Program-made: the position numbers and the translations under genes
In this document: positions 9,155 through 19,501 of the stretch, piece by piece
Layout: the number at the start of each line of letters is the position of its first letter
Position numbering within the stretch: position 1 is the first letter of the stretch
Assembly (NCBI GenBank): GCA_035291665.1
Contig: DATDRP010000006.1
Span: forward strand, 9,786-73,785
DNA: 64,000 nt
Origin: Patescibacteria group bacterium
GTDB lineage: Bacteria > Patescibacteriota > Microgenomatia > UBA8517
Direction: 5' to 3'
Notes under the pieces: model-generated
What the model was told of the DNA's origin: nothing
Database searches by the model: none
The model's input: the letters and a program-made list of their open reading frames with translations, nothing else

Positions 9155-10012
9155 ATGAATAAAACCAGAATTATACTCATAGTAGTTTTGGTTCTTTTGG
9201 TTTTAGCAGGAGTGGCTTTGGGAATATTTACTTTTTTTCTTCCTAAAAAAGCAGGTCTTACGGTTGAAACAAATCCCGTTTCTACAGTTTTCGTCAATGG
9301 GGAAGAGATGGGAAGGACTCCATATAAAATTACACTCAGTCAAGGCGAAATTACGTTAAAACTCGTACCGGATTCGTTCGGGTCACCGCTTATTCCATAC
9401 GAAACAAAGGTTGAGCTTGTTGCCGGCGTCGATACAGTTGTAAGAAGGATATTTGACAGCACTGATGAATATTCCCAAGGTGAGATAATATCATTTAATA
9501 AGACCTATAAAAATGAGACCGGAATCCTTGTGGTTAGCGATCCGGAAGGTGGTCAGGTGGTTATTGACAGACAGGTGAAAGGATTTGCACCATACACCTC
9601 AACAGACATCACTCCCGACACGCACTCGATTACTGTTGAAGCAAAAGGCTACCTTTCAAGAACAATATCTGTAAAGTCTGAACTTGGTTATAAATTAATA
9701 CTTTCGGTTAAACTTTCAAAAGACTCAACTGCATCAACTGAAAAAGCAAAAGATCCGGTGGTCAAAGCAAAGGAGAAGAAAGAAGTTGAGATATTGAATA
9801 CCCCAACCGGTTTTTTAAGGGTCAGAAAGGAAGCGACAGCCTCTTCAGAAGTGGTGGGACAAGTCAATCCGGGGAAGCAATATGAATTGGTTGAGGAAAA
9901 CGATGACGGATTGTGGTATAAAATCAGTTTTGATGAAGATAAGGTTGGATGGATTTCATCTCTGTATGCAAAAAAAACAACTACTGCAACATCTTCAGGT
10001 GGCGTGAGGTAA
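9155..10012 (+). CDS. PEGA-domain protein with C-terminal SH3b-like domain, membrane-anchored
   Basis: An N-terminal TM, two PEGA-like segments (VFVNGEEMGRTPYKITLSQGEITLKL; VVIDRQVKGFAPYTSTDITPDTHSITVEAKGY), and a C-terminal GFLRVRKEATASSEVVGQVNPGKQYELVEENDDGLWYKI typical of bacterial SH3. Confidence 0.55.
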   Translation: MNKTRIILIVVLVLLVLAGVALGIFTFFLPKKAGLTVETNPVSTVFVNGEEMGRTPYKITLSQGEITLKLVPDSFGSPLIPYETKVELVAGVDTVVRRIFDSTDEYSQGEIISFNKTYKNETGILVVSDPEGGQVVIDRQVKGFAPYTSTDITPDTHSITVEAKGYLSRTISVKSELGYKLILSVKLSKDSTASTEKAKDPVVKAKEKKEVEILNTPTGFLRVRKEATASSEVVGQVNPGKQYELVEENDDGLWYKISFDEDKVGWISSLYAKKTTTATSSGGVR

Positions 10013-10019
10013 TGGGAGT

Positions 10020-10940
10020 TTAGGTTGCTGCGTAAAATACCCAAAGGACCACCATCAACCATAACCCGACAGAAGCAAGAAGTCCTTTATCCGAAAGCAG
10101 AAGCTTTTCCGGCGCTTCGCTTTTATCTTCAAAAATCAGGCTTTCATATCGCATTATGCCGAATATGGTTAGGGGAATTGTTGCCATCAATAGCTTGTCG
10201 ATTGTTGTTGTTCTTGAAATTTCAGCGAGTAATAACCAGAGGTTTAGTGATGCTCTGGGGGATTCAAAAAACGCAAACAATGACCAGCTCATCCAGGCGG
10301 CGTTCCCAAACATCGTAACGTAAGAATTCAAAAGCTCACGGCTATATTTCGATAAACTTTTTCTGGTCGTTCCGTTTTCCTTGATCGTATTAAGCTCGCT
10401 TCTTCTTTTACCGGCAGCCAGGAATAGTGCCACCGATATCACACAGAGTAAAAACCAGACAGATAAATGAGCATCGATCACGAATGCTCCGGCATAAATT
10501 CGTATGACAAAACCGATAGCGATAACCAGGATGTCGATTGTTGTTTGGTTTTTCAAAACCAAACTGTAAAGAACTTGGAGAATGAGGTATGTCAGTATCG
10601 ATATCTGAAACAAGTGATTCAATCTGGTGGCAAACAGTACTGACAAAAGTGCCAAACCAACAGCCTCTATGAATGCCACATTCACCGGCAATTTACCCGA
10701 TGCGATCGGACGATTCTTTTTGATTGGATGAAGCCGGTCCTGTTTTTGATCAACAATATCGTTGAAAATGTACGTCGCTGAGGTTGCAAAGTTAAAGGCT
10801 ATAAATGCCCAAATTACTTTAATGAAAAGGGAAGAGTCGGTAAGTCTGGAAGTGAAGATTAACGCGGCAAAAATAGATAGATTTTTGATCCAGTGAACTG
10901 GTCTGGCCACCTTCAGTGCTTCGAACGATAAGTTAACCAT
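10020..10940 (-). CDS. UbiA-family prenyltransferase (decaprenyl-phosphate phosphoribosyltransferase-like)
   Basis: The Asp-rich motif NDIVDQKQDRLHPIKKNRPIASGKL (NDxxDxxxD...RP) is present in a polytopic membrane protein. The start is set at the Met at 10940 (MVNLSFEALK); the track ORF extends to 11045 and would overlap the upstream gene. Confidence 0.65.
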   Translation of the reverse strand: MVNLSFEALKVARPVHWIKNLSIFAALIFTSRLTDSSLFIKVIWAFIAFNFATSATYIFNDIVDQKQDRLHPIKKNRPIASGKLPVNVAFIEAVGLALLSVLFATRLNHLFQISILTYLILQVLYSLVLKNQTTIDILVIAIGFVIRIYAGAFVIDAHLSVWFLLCVISVALFLAAGKRRSELNTIKENGTTRKSLSKYSRELLNSYVTMFGNAAWMSWSLFAFFESPRASLNLWLLLAEISRTTTIDKLLMATIPLTIFGIMRYESLIFEDKSEAPEKLLLSDKGLLASVGLWLMVVLWVFYAAT

Positions 10941-11986
10941 AGTAAAAATCCTCCAAGCAAAATGATCAATCCAATAATAGCATACAATTTGTAAGAAGAG
11001 TTGAGATTTATCGCTATTAATCCGAGAGTAGCTGTTGCCACCCAATAGAAATAGCTTACTTGTTTTTTGGAAAATCCCTGATCCAAAAGTTTATGGTGCA
11101 AATGTCCCCTGTCTCCCCAAACAGGCGACTTTCCCGATAAAACCCTCCTTATTATTGTGTATGAAGTGTCAATTAATGGAACTCCCAAAACAACTATTAA
11201 TGTCCCGACCTTAGTTGTTGAAAGAATCGAAAGAATTGCGAGGAAATATCCGGCCAAAAGCGATCCGGAGAACGAAGGCATAATTTTTTGAGGGAAAATG
11301 TTGAATGGTAAAAAGCCTAAGAAGGCTCCGGCAACAATTGCTGCAAGTATGATTACCGACCATTGCGCGATGTCGGCGGAATATCTTAAAGACAAAACGG
11401 CAATAGTAAGGGCTGCAATCGCCGTCACTCCGGGAAGCTGGCCGTCGACGCCCTTTGCTCCCATGTTGAGAAAATTCATCAAGGCCACGATCCAAAAGAG
11501 CGTAAATAAACTAAAAACCGGTCGCAAGATATAAAGATTACCGAACAAATTTAATGCATAAGACGGGGTTGTCAGATCAATTGTTCCCGATGCAAAAGGA
11601 TTGGTAAGAAAAGCAACACCGACTCCCGAAAGAGTCGGAATTAAGGCAATGAGTATTTGAAGAAAAATTCTGTGGTAAGGGTTAAGGTTAAATTTATCAT
11701 CAACAACTCCGAGAATAGTAAGAAGTGTCGCACCGATTAGTATAGAAATAATATATTTATCAGCAGGTAAGAAAATAATTGTTGAAATTAAAAGTGCGAA
11801 AAAAATTGAAAGCCCTCCGCCCCTTGGAGTTGGGTAGGTATGGATAACTTTAGGGTGAATATTTCTCTTCGGATCGTCAATAATCCCAATTTTGTAGGCA
11901 AATTTAATTGCATATGGAGTTGCCAAATAAGAAATCACGGATGATACCAAAAAGGGTGCGATGAAAAGGCTGAGTATATTTTGCAT
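10913..11986 (-). CDS. MraY/WecA-family polyprenyl-phosphate N-acetylhexosamine-1-phosphate transferase (GT4 superfamily)
   Basis: A polytopic membrane protein with GVVDDKFNLNP, LNMGAKGVDGQLPG (NxxNxxDGxDG-like) and HLHHKLL motifs. Confidence 0.7.
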   Translation of the reverse strand: MQNILSLFIAPFLVSSVISYLATPYAIKFAYKIGIIDDPKRNIHPKVIHTYPTPRGGGLSIFFALLISTIIFLPADKYIISILIGATLLTILGVVDDKFNLNPYHRIFLQILIALIPTLSGVGVAFLTNPFASGTIDLTTPSYALNLFGNLYILRPVFSLFTLFWIVALMNFLNMGAKGVDGQLPGVTAIAALTIAVLSLRYSADIAQWSVIILAAIVAGAFLGFLPFNIFPQKIMPSFSGSLLAGYFLAILSILSTTKVGTLIVVLGVPLIDTSYTIIRRVLSGKSPVWGDRGHLHHKLLDQGFSKKQVSYFYWVATATLGLIAINLNSSYKLYAIIGLIILLGGFLLWLTYRSKH

Positions 11987-12372
11987 TAAAATATTCCGAT
12001 CAAAAATACGATTTTCACTACTGTAATAATTGACATAATGGTAGTGAAGTAAGATGCGATGATTAAAACTCTTTTTAAATAATTATTTTCTGTGATCATC
12101 GCCAATATATTGTTAATAATGATGATTAAAAGAGAAATAATTAAAGGGATAATAATTTCCAAGGGCATAGCTAGTTGTTTTGTGCTTCTCGGCAGTCCGT
12201 AGTTTAGAGGTATTTCAGGGGGGAGATTTTTTTGAAAAAGAAGTACTCCGATAATGACAATAATATTAGCTAATAGAAATGAAAAAGTTAGAGTAATAAA
12301 GGGGAGTTTAGAAAGTTTTACGGTTTTAATTTCCTTTTTTTTCCCTCGAGCAATCGGTAACTTTTTTCTCAT
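11986..12372 (-). CDS. small membrane protein (128 aa), hypothetical
   Basis: 3-4 predicted TM helices with no motif recognised; its end abuts the start of the downstream gene. Confidence 0.35.
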   Translation of the reverse strand: MRKKLPIARGKKKEIKTVKLSKLPFITLTFSFLLANIIVIIGVLLFQKNLPPEIPLNYGLPRSTKQLAMPLEIIIPLIISLLIIIINNILAMITENNYLKRVLIIASYFTTIMSIITVVKIVFLIGIF

Positions 12373-12444
12373 GGGATTTTCATTGATTTCTCATTAAAAT
12401 TCTTGAGCGTAACAAGTTTAGTTAAAAAGGTTTTAATAATCAAA

Positions 12445-13926
12445 TTATAAAGAGACTTTCATTAGTATCCAAACTTGTGATCCGTCAATTTCTTCCACCA
12501 TAAGATACCTTGTAAGAATTAATTTCCTGACGGATTTAGGTAATTCTGAATTTTTCAAAACGACAATCGCTTTCGGTGGATGGGCTGAAAGATCCCGGTA
12601 TAAAGCCTCATCTGAATAAAAATCTTTGATGTGATAACCAGCAACATACTTCATGGGTGGAAGGCGTTTTGTTAGTGCATAAATCTGACCGCTGTCTTCC
12701 CAGACAAACACGGAATCGTCTTTTGATGTGACTTGGTTTATGATGGCTGCAATTTTGTAGTTTGTCAGTGTATTACCTCCAAAAGTTTCAAGGTATTGGT
12801 TTTTGTCATATTTTCCGCTGGCAAGTGCGAGGAAGTTGCCGTAATAGTTGGCGGAATGGTAATTCCAAAATTTAAAGTAAAAAGGGATAAAAGAAAATAA
12901 AAGCAGCGGAAATATTACTAACACCTGCTCAATTGAGTCGTAAGTAAAAAGCATCGAGAAAAGGATTGATAGCGGGACGATTGTCTCCACAAGGTAATGC
13001 GGATATGGCCTTTCCGAGAGCGTTACTCCAAACAAAGCGAAAGTTAACCAAGATACAGTAAACAAAAAAGGCCAGGAAAACTTTTTTCTCTTTATGACCA
13101 GAATAAGATTTATTATTGCAACAACAAAAGCCCTTGTCAGAAGTGGAGCATTTTTAACAAGAAAGGGTTCCTTGACATCATCCGGCCTCCAGCTGGAAAG
13201 GTAGCCAAAATTTTGTAAATAGGCCGCGACCAAATACTCTTTGAAGGCTCCATTGAGTGCATACCATATAAATGTAAGAAAGATTGGTCCGGCAACACCA
13301 GCGGAAAGAATGAGTGTTTTTTTTGCAACTGAAAACAAGTGTTTTCTTGACAGCTTATCTCTGGAAAGCCAGTAAATAACTATTGCCGGAATATCAAAAA
13401 CAGCCGGCATCTTAAAAAGTGAAGCAATGGAAAAAAGCACCCCGGCAAAAATCAGGTTTGCTGTTGAATTTTTACGGAATAATAAAATATAAAACGCGAT
13501 TATTGTCGGAACAATCATGAAGAGTTCAGCGTTTGCAATATTGCCTTCAAAAAAAGGTAAAGTTGTAAGAATCGCATATACCAAAAGTGCTGCTTTTTGT
13601 GAAATTTGATTTCTTGGGAAAAGTAGTTTTATAAATTTGTAAAAAACAATTACTCCGAAGAGTTGGACGACCGCAAGGATAGCCTTAAACCAAAAAATGT
13701 TACCGGCAATTGCAGCTGTGAGGTAAAGAAGAGGAGGCTTGTTGTCATGAACGTCCTTGTAAAGAGTCAGGCCTTTTTGAACCGCATTTCCCAGAGTGAG
13801 ATATATCGTTTCGTCTCCATAGGAGTATGGTTCAAAAAAAGTCGGAATCCGAAAAATTAAAACAGCAAAAAGAATTAAATAAACCCAAGTCGGGATGTGA
13901 ATTAGATTTTTAAGTTTTATAAACAT
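12445..13926 (-). CDS. GT-C fold glycosyltransferase, family 39/83 (PMT/ArnT)-like
   Basis: 493 aa and more than 10 TM. The first extracytoplasmic loop carries YGDETIYLTLG ... DNKPPLLY (DE motif plus KPPL), typical of PMT_2/ArnT-like enzymes. Confidence 0.6.
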   Translation of the reverse strand: MFIKLKNLIHIPTWVYLILFAVLIFRIPTFFEPYSYGDETIYLTLGNAVQKGLTLYKDVHDNKPPLLYLTAAIAGNIFWFKAILAVVQLFGVIVFYKFIKLLFPRNQISQKAALLVYAILTTLPFFEGNIANAELFMIVPTIIAFYILLFRKNSTANLIFAGVLFSIASLFKMPAVFDIPAIVIYWLSRDKLSRKHLFSVAKKTLILSAGVAGPIFLTFIWYALNGAFKEYLVAAYLQNFGYLSSWRPDDVKEPFLVKNAPLLTRAFVVAIINLILVIKRKKFSWPFLFTVSWLTFALFGVTLSERPYPHYLVETIVPLSILFSMLFTYDSIEQVLVIFPLLLFSFIPFYFKFWNYHSANYYGNFLALASGKYDKNQYLETFGGNTLTNYKIAAIINQVTSKDDSVFVWEDSGQIYALTKRLPPMKYVAGYHIKDFYSDEALYRDLSAHPPKAIVVLKNSELPKSVRKLILTRYLMVEEIDGSQVWILMKVSL

Positions 13927-14007
13927 ATTTTTTCCGGAATAAACAGATAAGTAATAAAATTACAACGGTCTGAACGAAAACCTTCAGAGAATTCTTGCGA
14001 TTCGACG

Positions 14008-15408
14008 TCATAACTTGTTACGCGTTACTTGTTTCGTATCACTTTTTTCATTTCGTATATACCATACAAACTTCAGGTTTCCCAAATCTTTAACTTCCTG
14101 CTCCCGGAATTCGGGAAGCGTGATTTCACTTAATGGACCGCTTGTCGTAACTCCCACCCGGTTAACATCAGGAGGAATATTCCTGACAATATCTTTTTCT
14201 TCCATTAACGCCGTCCCGACATAAAAAGGAAGTTCTACATTTCCCGGAACATAAATTGGCGAATCAAAACCATAGAACTTTGTTTCCCAAAGGTGGTGAG
14301 CCGATCCGTTCCAGTTTATTAAAAAATCATTTACTTTTCTGGTTTGAGAAACATAAACTCCCAGCTCCTTAAACGGAAGCTTTGCAGGATGAAAAAAGTA
14401 GTTAAGGTCAATAACAATAAACAGAAGCAGTGTTGCAAGGAAGGGGAATATAGAAAGCTTACTTCTGGATGAAGCTAAAATAATTCCTACTGCAGGAATG
14501 GTATACAAAAGATACCGGTTATAAAAAATTGAAGTAAATTTTTGTGAAATCAGCCAAGCCAGAATAATCGGTCCCAAAAACCACATCAGAAGGAGTATTG
14601 TTTTTTCTATTGACTTCCACCAACGCCTCACCAGAAGCGTGGCAAAAACAGTATAAAGGGCAATCTGAAAGAGTGGATATTCAGTCAAAGGCAATTTAAG
14701 CTTGTCGTTTCGGATTCCCTGTGCAAGATAATCGTAAATTATTGTTCGAAGGTCTCCCGGAGTTGGCGTGCCGAGCCAGAAACCGCCTTTTACCATGGTT
14801 ACTTGTCTATAAAGAGGCATCAGCCAGGGGATATAAAGTAAAGCAATAATAATAAACGCCTTAAAAACCATCTTCGAGGTTTTTCTTTTCCCGAAAAAAA
14901 ATTCCTTAAGAAACCACAGTCCTTGGATAATTACTGCAAAAAATGCAAAGTGGTGCGAATAGATCGCCCAAAGGGTGAAGAAAACGTAACCAAGAAAATT
15001 TACCCAAGGTTTTCCTTTCAGGGAGTATATTCGTATGAAAAAATACATGGAAGCGGTAACCCCGAGTGCCATGATTGAGTACATTCGCCCCTCAAAGGCA
15101 TAAATGAAAAAGAAGGGGTTGAAGAATGTGATAAGCGCAGCAAATAAACCTGTTTTTTTACTCCAAATTAATGACCCAATGAGATATACAAATAGTATAG
15201 CCAAAAGGTAATACAAAAACACCAACCCGCGAATTACTATTTCACTAGTACCAAAATATTGAAATGCCAAGTGTTCCGTAATGTTAAAAAGTGGGGGCGA
15301 GGTATCCCGGGAAATTATTTCAATAATCTCAAGGATAGGCTTCATCGAAAGAACCGCCGAAAACCCTTCATCACCCCAAATGGATTGTGTAAAGACAGTA
15401 TCTATCAT
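14008..15408 (-). CDS. GT-C fold glycosyltransferase, family 39/83 (PMT/ArnT)-like, paralog
   Basis: 466 aa, polytopic, with IWGDEGFSAV...DTSPPLF in the N-terminal loop. Confidence 0.55.
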   Translation of the reverse strand: MIDTVFTQSIWGDEGFSAVLSMKPILEIIEIISRDTSPPLFNITEHLAFQYFGTSEIVIRGLVFLYYLLAILFVYLIGSLIWSKKTGLFAALITFFNPFFFIYAFEGRMYSIMALGVTASMYFFIRIYSLKGKPWVNFLGYVFFTLWAIYSHHFAFFAVIIQGLWFLKEFFFGKRKTSKMVFKAFIIIALLYIPWLMPLYRQVTMVKGGFWLGTPTPGDLRTIIYDYLAQGIRNDKLKLPLTEYPLFQIALYTVFATLLVRRWWKSIEKTILLLMWFLGPIILAWLISQKFTSIFYNRYLLYTIPAVGIILASSRSKLSIFPFLATLLLFIVIDLNYFFHPAKLPFKELGVYVSQTRKVNDFLINWNGSAHHLWETKFYGFDSPIYVPGNVELPFYVGTALMEEKDIVRNIPPDVNRVGVTTSGPLSEITLPEFREQEVKDLGNLKFVWYIRNEKSDTKQVTRNKL

Positions 15409-15831
15409 ATTAGATTAAATCCTTCATTTACCCTTCCGTAGTCCCGCAAGACGCGACGAAGGAGGGTCTCCCCAGATGCTTTGTGTGAACACATTATTTA
15501 ACATAAATTAGCTTATACTCATTCAGTTTACCATGCCTGAGTGATTAGAAGCTATTTCAAAACCCACGGGTTTTTTAAACGCTTTGCGAGCTTATAGCAT
15601 CTCAATTCAAAACTTCTGCCGAATTTGTGTCAAATTCTTGCAGGTTTTGAAATGAGTTGTAGAAAGAAGTCTGATTTTTCATGAGATTAGAGCAATGTTA
15701 GCAAACAGACTTCATTTGAAACTTTCAATATTGCTTAAATATACCTGAGAAAACTGAAGATAATTATTGGCGTTTTAATCAGATAATTTCGCAGATTGTA
15801 ATATTCATTTCGCTTTTGTATATTATTTAAC

Positions 15832-16965
15832 ATGCTGGAAAATCTGCCTGAAAGCGATAAGCCACAAATCTTTGGATTTACGTCACTCGTTATTTTACCG
15901 ATCATAGTTATTCTGTTGCTGGTTGGAATATTTTTTTGGAAGTTTTATGGTTTTGGAAACTTAACAAATATTACCAATTCAGGAAAAAGGTTGCTTAATT
16001 GGAATCAGGAAAATTCGACCACAGCACTCTCTTCGGGTCAGGCAGTAAATAATCCGAAGACATTCGAATTTCAGGAAATTACAATTCCGGACTTGAGAGC
16101 ACGTACCTATCAAAGTAAATTGGGGGGACTGGAAATATTTTCCGAGGGTCCAAACTACACAAGTTATTTGACGAGCTACGATTCGGATGGGTATAGGATT
16201 AACGGTTTTTTGACAATTCCAAAAGGCGGTTCCGCAGGTGAAAAATTTCCGGCTATTGTTTTTGTCCATGGATATATTCCGCCAACTTTGTATAAAACGA
16301 CAGTTAACTATATTTCTTACGTTGATTATTTGGCGAAAAACGGATTTGTTGTTTTTAAGATCGACCTTCGGGGTCATGACGAATCAGAGGGTGGTGCAGG
16401 AGGGGCTTATTATTCGGATGATTATGTTGTCGACACGCTTAATGCGGTCGATGCACTGAAAAAAAGCGATTTTGTTGATCCTGGAGCGGTTGGACTTTGG
16501 GGTCATAGCATGGCAGGAAATGTTACATTCCGAAGTTTTGTTGTAGCAAAAAACATTCCGGCAATTGTGATCTGGGCTGGAGCAGGGTATACATATACCG
16601 ACCTTCAAGATTACATGATTAATGATAATAGCTACCAGCCTCAACCAACCGGTACACAAAGAGCTCGCGACAGACAAAGATTAAGAGATGCTTATGGCGA
16701 TTTTGATCCGGAAAATTGGTTTTGGAAACAGGTTCCTGCGACAAATTATCTTGATGGAGTGACGGGAGCGATTCAACTCAATCATGCTGTTGATGACAAT
16801 GTTGTGAGCATTGATTACAGCCGGAATTTGATGAAAGTCTTAGACGATTCTCAAATAAAGCATGAGCTTAATGAATATCCGATCGGAGGGCACAATCTCA
16901 CAGGGTCAAGTTTTAACCAAGCAATGCAGAAGACGGTTGAATTTTTCAAAACAAACTTACCTTAG
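15832..16965 (+). CDS. alpha/beta-hydrolase fold protein (dienelactone hydrolase/S9-like), membrane-anchored
   Basis: An N-terminal TM, an oxyanion region VFVHGYIP, and a nucleophile elbow GLWGHSMAG (GxSxG). Confidence 0.6.
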   Translation: MLENLPESDKPQIFGFTSLVILPIIVILLLVGIFFWKFYGFGNLTNITNSGKRLLNWNQENSTTALSSGQAVNNPKTFEFQEITIPDLRARTYQSKLGGLEIFSEGPNYTSYLTSYDSDGYRINGFLTIPKGGSAGEKFPAIVFVHGYIPPTLYKTTVNYISYVDYLAKNGFVVFKIDLRGHDESEGGAGGAYYSDDYVVDTLNAVDALKKSDFVDPGAVGLWGHSMAGNVTFRSFVVAKNIPAIVIWAGAGYTYTDLQDYMINDNSYQPQPTGTQRARDRQRLRDAYGDFDPENWFWKQVPATNYLDGVTGAIQLNHAVDDNVVSIDYSRNLMKVLDDSQIKHELNEYPIGGHNLTGSSFNQAMQKTVEFFKTNLP

Positions 16966-17294
16966 GTGTGTTTGACGTTATTCAAATTGGAATTACTCAA
17001 ATATGCTTGAAGTTTTTTAGTAAATTCAGAATCAGGTAGTTCCTGTTTGGCCAGATTCAGTAGTTTTTCAGCCTCTTCCCGCGAGGCGGGTCGATTAACA
17101 GATTTTATAATATCGGTAACCTCATGAACGAAAAGTGATTCTTTATCATCTCTAACCCAGCCGGTTTTGCCGGGTACTAAACTTCGGCCGAAATTAATTG
17201 ATGAGTAAGTAAGCCGGGACTTTAGCGGCAAGTCTTTAATTAAACAAATTCCCATACCGTTTCCCCATAAATTCAAACGATTAGCCTCAATCAT
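16962..17294 (-). CDS. hypothetical protein (110 aa)
   Basis: Intact ORF with no motif recognised. Confidence 0.3.
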   Translation of the reverse strand: MIEANRLNLWGNGMGICLIKDLPLKSRLTYSSINFGRSLVPGKTGWVRDDKESLFVHEVTDIIKSVNRPASREEAEKLLNLAKQELPDSEFTKKLQAYLSNSNLNNVKHT

Positions 17295-17384
17295 ACTTGG
17301 GATTATACACCGATTGAATGATTATTTTATTGTTTGATATGTATTCATTTTGGCCTCGTAAATATTTGATATAATTCACATCGT

Positions 17385-18851
17385 ATGATTAAAGTCGAAA
17401 ACTTAAGTTTTTCTTATGGTGAAACACCTTTGTATGAAGGGGTGAGCTTTATTGTCAGTAATGGCCAAAAGACCGGCTTGGTGGGTCCCAACGGATCCGG
17501 AAAATCGACCCTCCTTAACATATTGACCGGGAAGGAAGAAGGGCACGTCGGGAAAGTAATGGTTCAGGGGACAGTAGCATCCGTTCCCCAGGAAATAAAA
17601 TACGATCCCGTAATGGAAAGCTCTGAAACAGTGAAAGTGTATGTTGACCCGAATAATAACTATGAGGAATTTGAGCTTTTGAAACTTTTTGCCGGTCTTG
17701 AACTTGAAACAAAACTTCTGGATAAACCGCAAACTCTAAGCGGCGGGCAAAAAACAAAACTTTCCCTAGCCCGGGCACTTCTTTCCAATCCGGATATCCT
17801 ATTGTTAGACGAACCGACAAATTTTATGGACACCGCCGGTAAACATTTTGTGATGAATTTCTTAAGCGAATATCAAGGAACCGTTATTGTTATTTCGCAT
17901 GATTTGGATTTAATGGACAATGCGATTGACAAAGTGTTGGCGGTTAATCCAGCTCAAAGAAAAATTGAAGAATACAAAGGCAATTATTCAAGCTATATCA
18001 GGTTGAAAAAAGAGAAAGAGGAACTTCTGAAACGCCAGGTCCTTATTAAGAAAAAACACATAGAACAGATGGTGTCAGGATTAAGCAGGATGAAAAAAAT
18101 GAGTGCAAAACAGAAAACAAAACAAAGAAGAAGAATTGAAAAAGAAAAAAGAGAACTTCCAGAACTACCACCGGAGGTGAGAGCAATAAAAATCAAACTT
18201 CCTGAACCGGCGAGAGTTGGTGAAATACCAATAAGATCAATCGGAATTTCGAAATCTTACGATGGGGAGAAAGTTTTGGGAGACATTAATTTTTCAATAA
18301 AGCGCGGAGAAAGAATTGCACTTTTGGGACCGAACGGATCGGGGAAAAGCACTTTCATCAAGATTCTAATGGGGATAATAAAACCGGATGGGGGAGAAGT
18401 GATAAAAAATGAAAGTGCAAAAATAGGTTATTACTCCCAGGAGTTCGAAACATTTGATTTCCAGAAATCAGTATTAGAATCTTTTTGTGATGGAACAAAA
18501 AAAGATGAATGGTTTGCCAGATCTTTTTTGGGTAGATATATGTTTTTGCAGGATAAGGTTTTCCAAAATGTCGGTAGTTTGTCGGGAGGAGAGAAAACCC
18601 GCCTTTCAATTGCTATCCTGACAGGTTCAGACAATAATCTTTTAGTTCTTGACGAACCGACAACTTATTTGGATGTTATCTCCCAAAGGGTAATTCTGGA
18701 TGCTTTGAAGGATTATACCGGAACCATGATCGTCGTATCCCATACACCGGATTTTGTAAAAGAGTTGGAGCCCGTTAAAGCATATCTTTTCCCGGAAGAA
18801 AAGATGATTTACTGGGAAGATGGGCTTTTAGATAAAGTATTAGAAGTATAA
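17385..18851 (+). CDS. ABC-F family ATPase (tandem ABC domains, EttA/Uup-like; no TMD)
   Basis: Two Walker A motifs (GPNGSGKST twice), two signature motifs (LSGGQKTKLSLA, LSGGEKTRLSIA), and a charged linker between the domains. Confidence 0.85.
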   Translation: MIKVENLSFSYGETPLYEGVSFIVSNGQKTGLVGPNGSGKSTLLNILTGKEEGHVGKVMVQGTVASVPQEIKYDPVMESSETVKVYVDPNNNYEEFELLKLFAGLELETKLLDKPQTLSGGQKTKLSLARALLSNPDILLLDEPTNFMDTAGKHFVMNFLSEYQGTVIVISHDLDLMDNAIDKVLAVNPAQRKIEEYKGNYSSYIRLKKEKEELLKRQVLIKKKHIEQMVSGLSRMKKMSAKQKTKQRRRIEKEKRELPELPPEVRAIKIKLPEPARVGEIPIRSIGISKSYDGEKVLGDINFSIKRGERIALLGPNGSGKSTFIKILMGIIKPDGGEVIKNESAKIGYYSQEFETFDFQKSVLESFCDGTKKDEWFARSFLGRYMFLQDKVFQNVGSLSGGEKTRLSIAILTGSDNNLLVLDEPTTYLDVISQRVILDALKDYTGTMIVVSHTPDFVKELEPVKAYLFPEEKMIYWEDGLLDKVLEV

Positions 18852-18877
18852 TATAATCTATAAATTAATTATTAATT

Positions 18878-19423
18878 GTGTCTGTAAATATTACATATTT
18901 TGTTCACGGAACCACCATAGATAACGAGAAGGATATATCCTCGGGTTGGTCGGATGCCGAACTTTCAAAATTAGGCAAAAAACAATCAAGAGAGTTGGTT
19001 GAAAAAATAACGAATATTAAATTTAATGTTATATTTTGTTCAGACCTCAAAAGAGCCGTTGACTCTGCAAATATCACCTTCGGTAGGAACGTTGAAATTA
19101 TTAGTGACGCGAGATTACGGGAATGTAATTATGGAGATCTTAACGGCATGCTTTCGAATGTAGTCGAACCGCTTCAGGAAGAAAATATTACAAAAAGATT
19201 TCCCAATGGTGAGAGTTATGAAGATGTTAAAGAAAGGATTCAGCATTTTTTGGAATTCTTAAAAAAGAATTATGATGGTAAACATATTGGGATTGTCGTC
19301 CACAAAGCACCTCAATTAGCTCTTGACGTTTTGCTAAAAGGAAAAACTTGGGAGCAAGCATTTGCAGAGGATTGGAGAAAGAATAAAGCCTGGCAACCAG
19401 GTTGGGATTATCTTCTCGAATAA
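18878..19423 (+). CDS. histidine phosphatase superfamily (PGAM/SixA-like) protein
   Basis: GTG start. YFVHGTTIDNE...GWSDAELSKLGKKQSREL resembles the RHGxT...G...QA motif. Moderate similarity only. Confidence 0.5.
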   Translation: MSVNITYFVHGTTIDNEKDISSGWSDAELSKLGKKQSRELVEKITNIKFNVIFCSDLKRAVDSANITFGRNVEIISDARLRECNYGDLNGMLSNVVEPLQEENITKRFPNGESYEDVKERIQHFLEFLKKNYDGKHIGIVVHKAPQLALDVLLKGKTWEQAFAEDWRKNKAWQPGWDYLLE

Positions 19424-19488
19424 TTTGCTATGGAACGTCTGACGTTCTCTGAGGAAGGTTTGACGTTCTTCAAACTAACTTTGAAGAG
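19424..19488. repeat. intergenic repeat A (tttgctatggaacgtctgacgttctctgaggaaggTTTGACGTTCTTCAAACTAActttgaagag)
   Basis: Begins immediately after the stop at 19423. The 5' 45 nt recur at 20719-20763 and the GTTCTTCAAA(T/C)TA(G/A) core recurs at 20806-20836, 21469-21490, 22078-22097 and 22747-22778. Confidence 0.7.
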
Positions 19489-19501
19489 TATTTAAAGATT
19501 T

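Noticed and set aside
15555-15580. Hairpin aaaaccc-acg-ggtttt followed by TT in the 420-bp divergent gap, considered as a terminator or riboswitch
   Set aside because: No upstream gene on the plus strand reads into it, and the flanks match no riboswitch class I can recognise. The longer-range pair gaagtctg/cagacttc (15666-15716) is noted but insufficient for a call.
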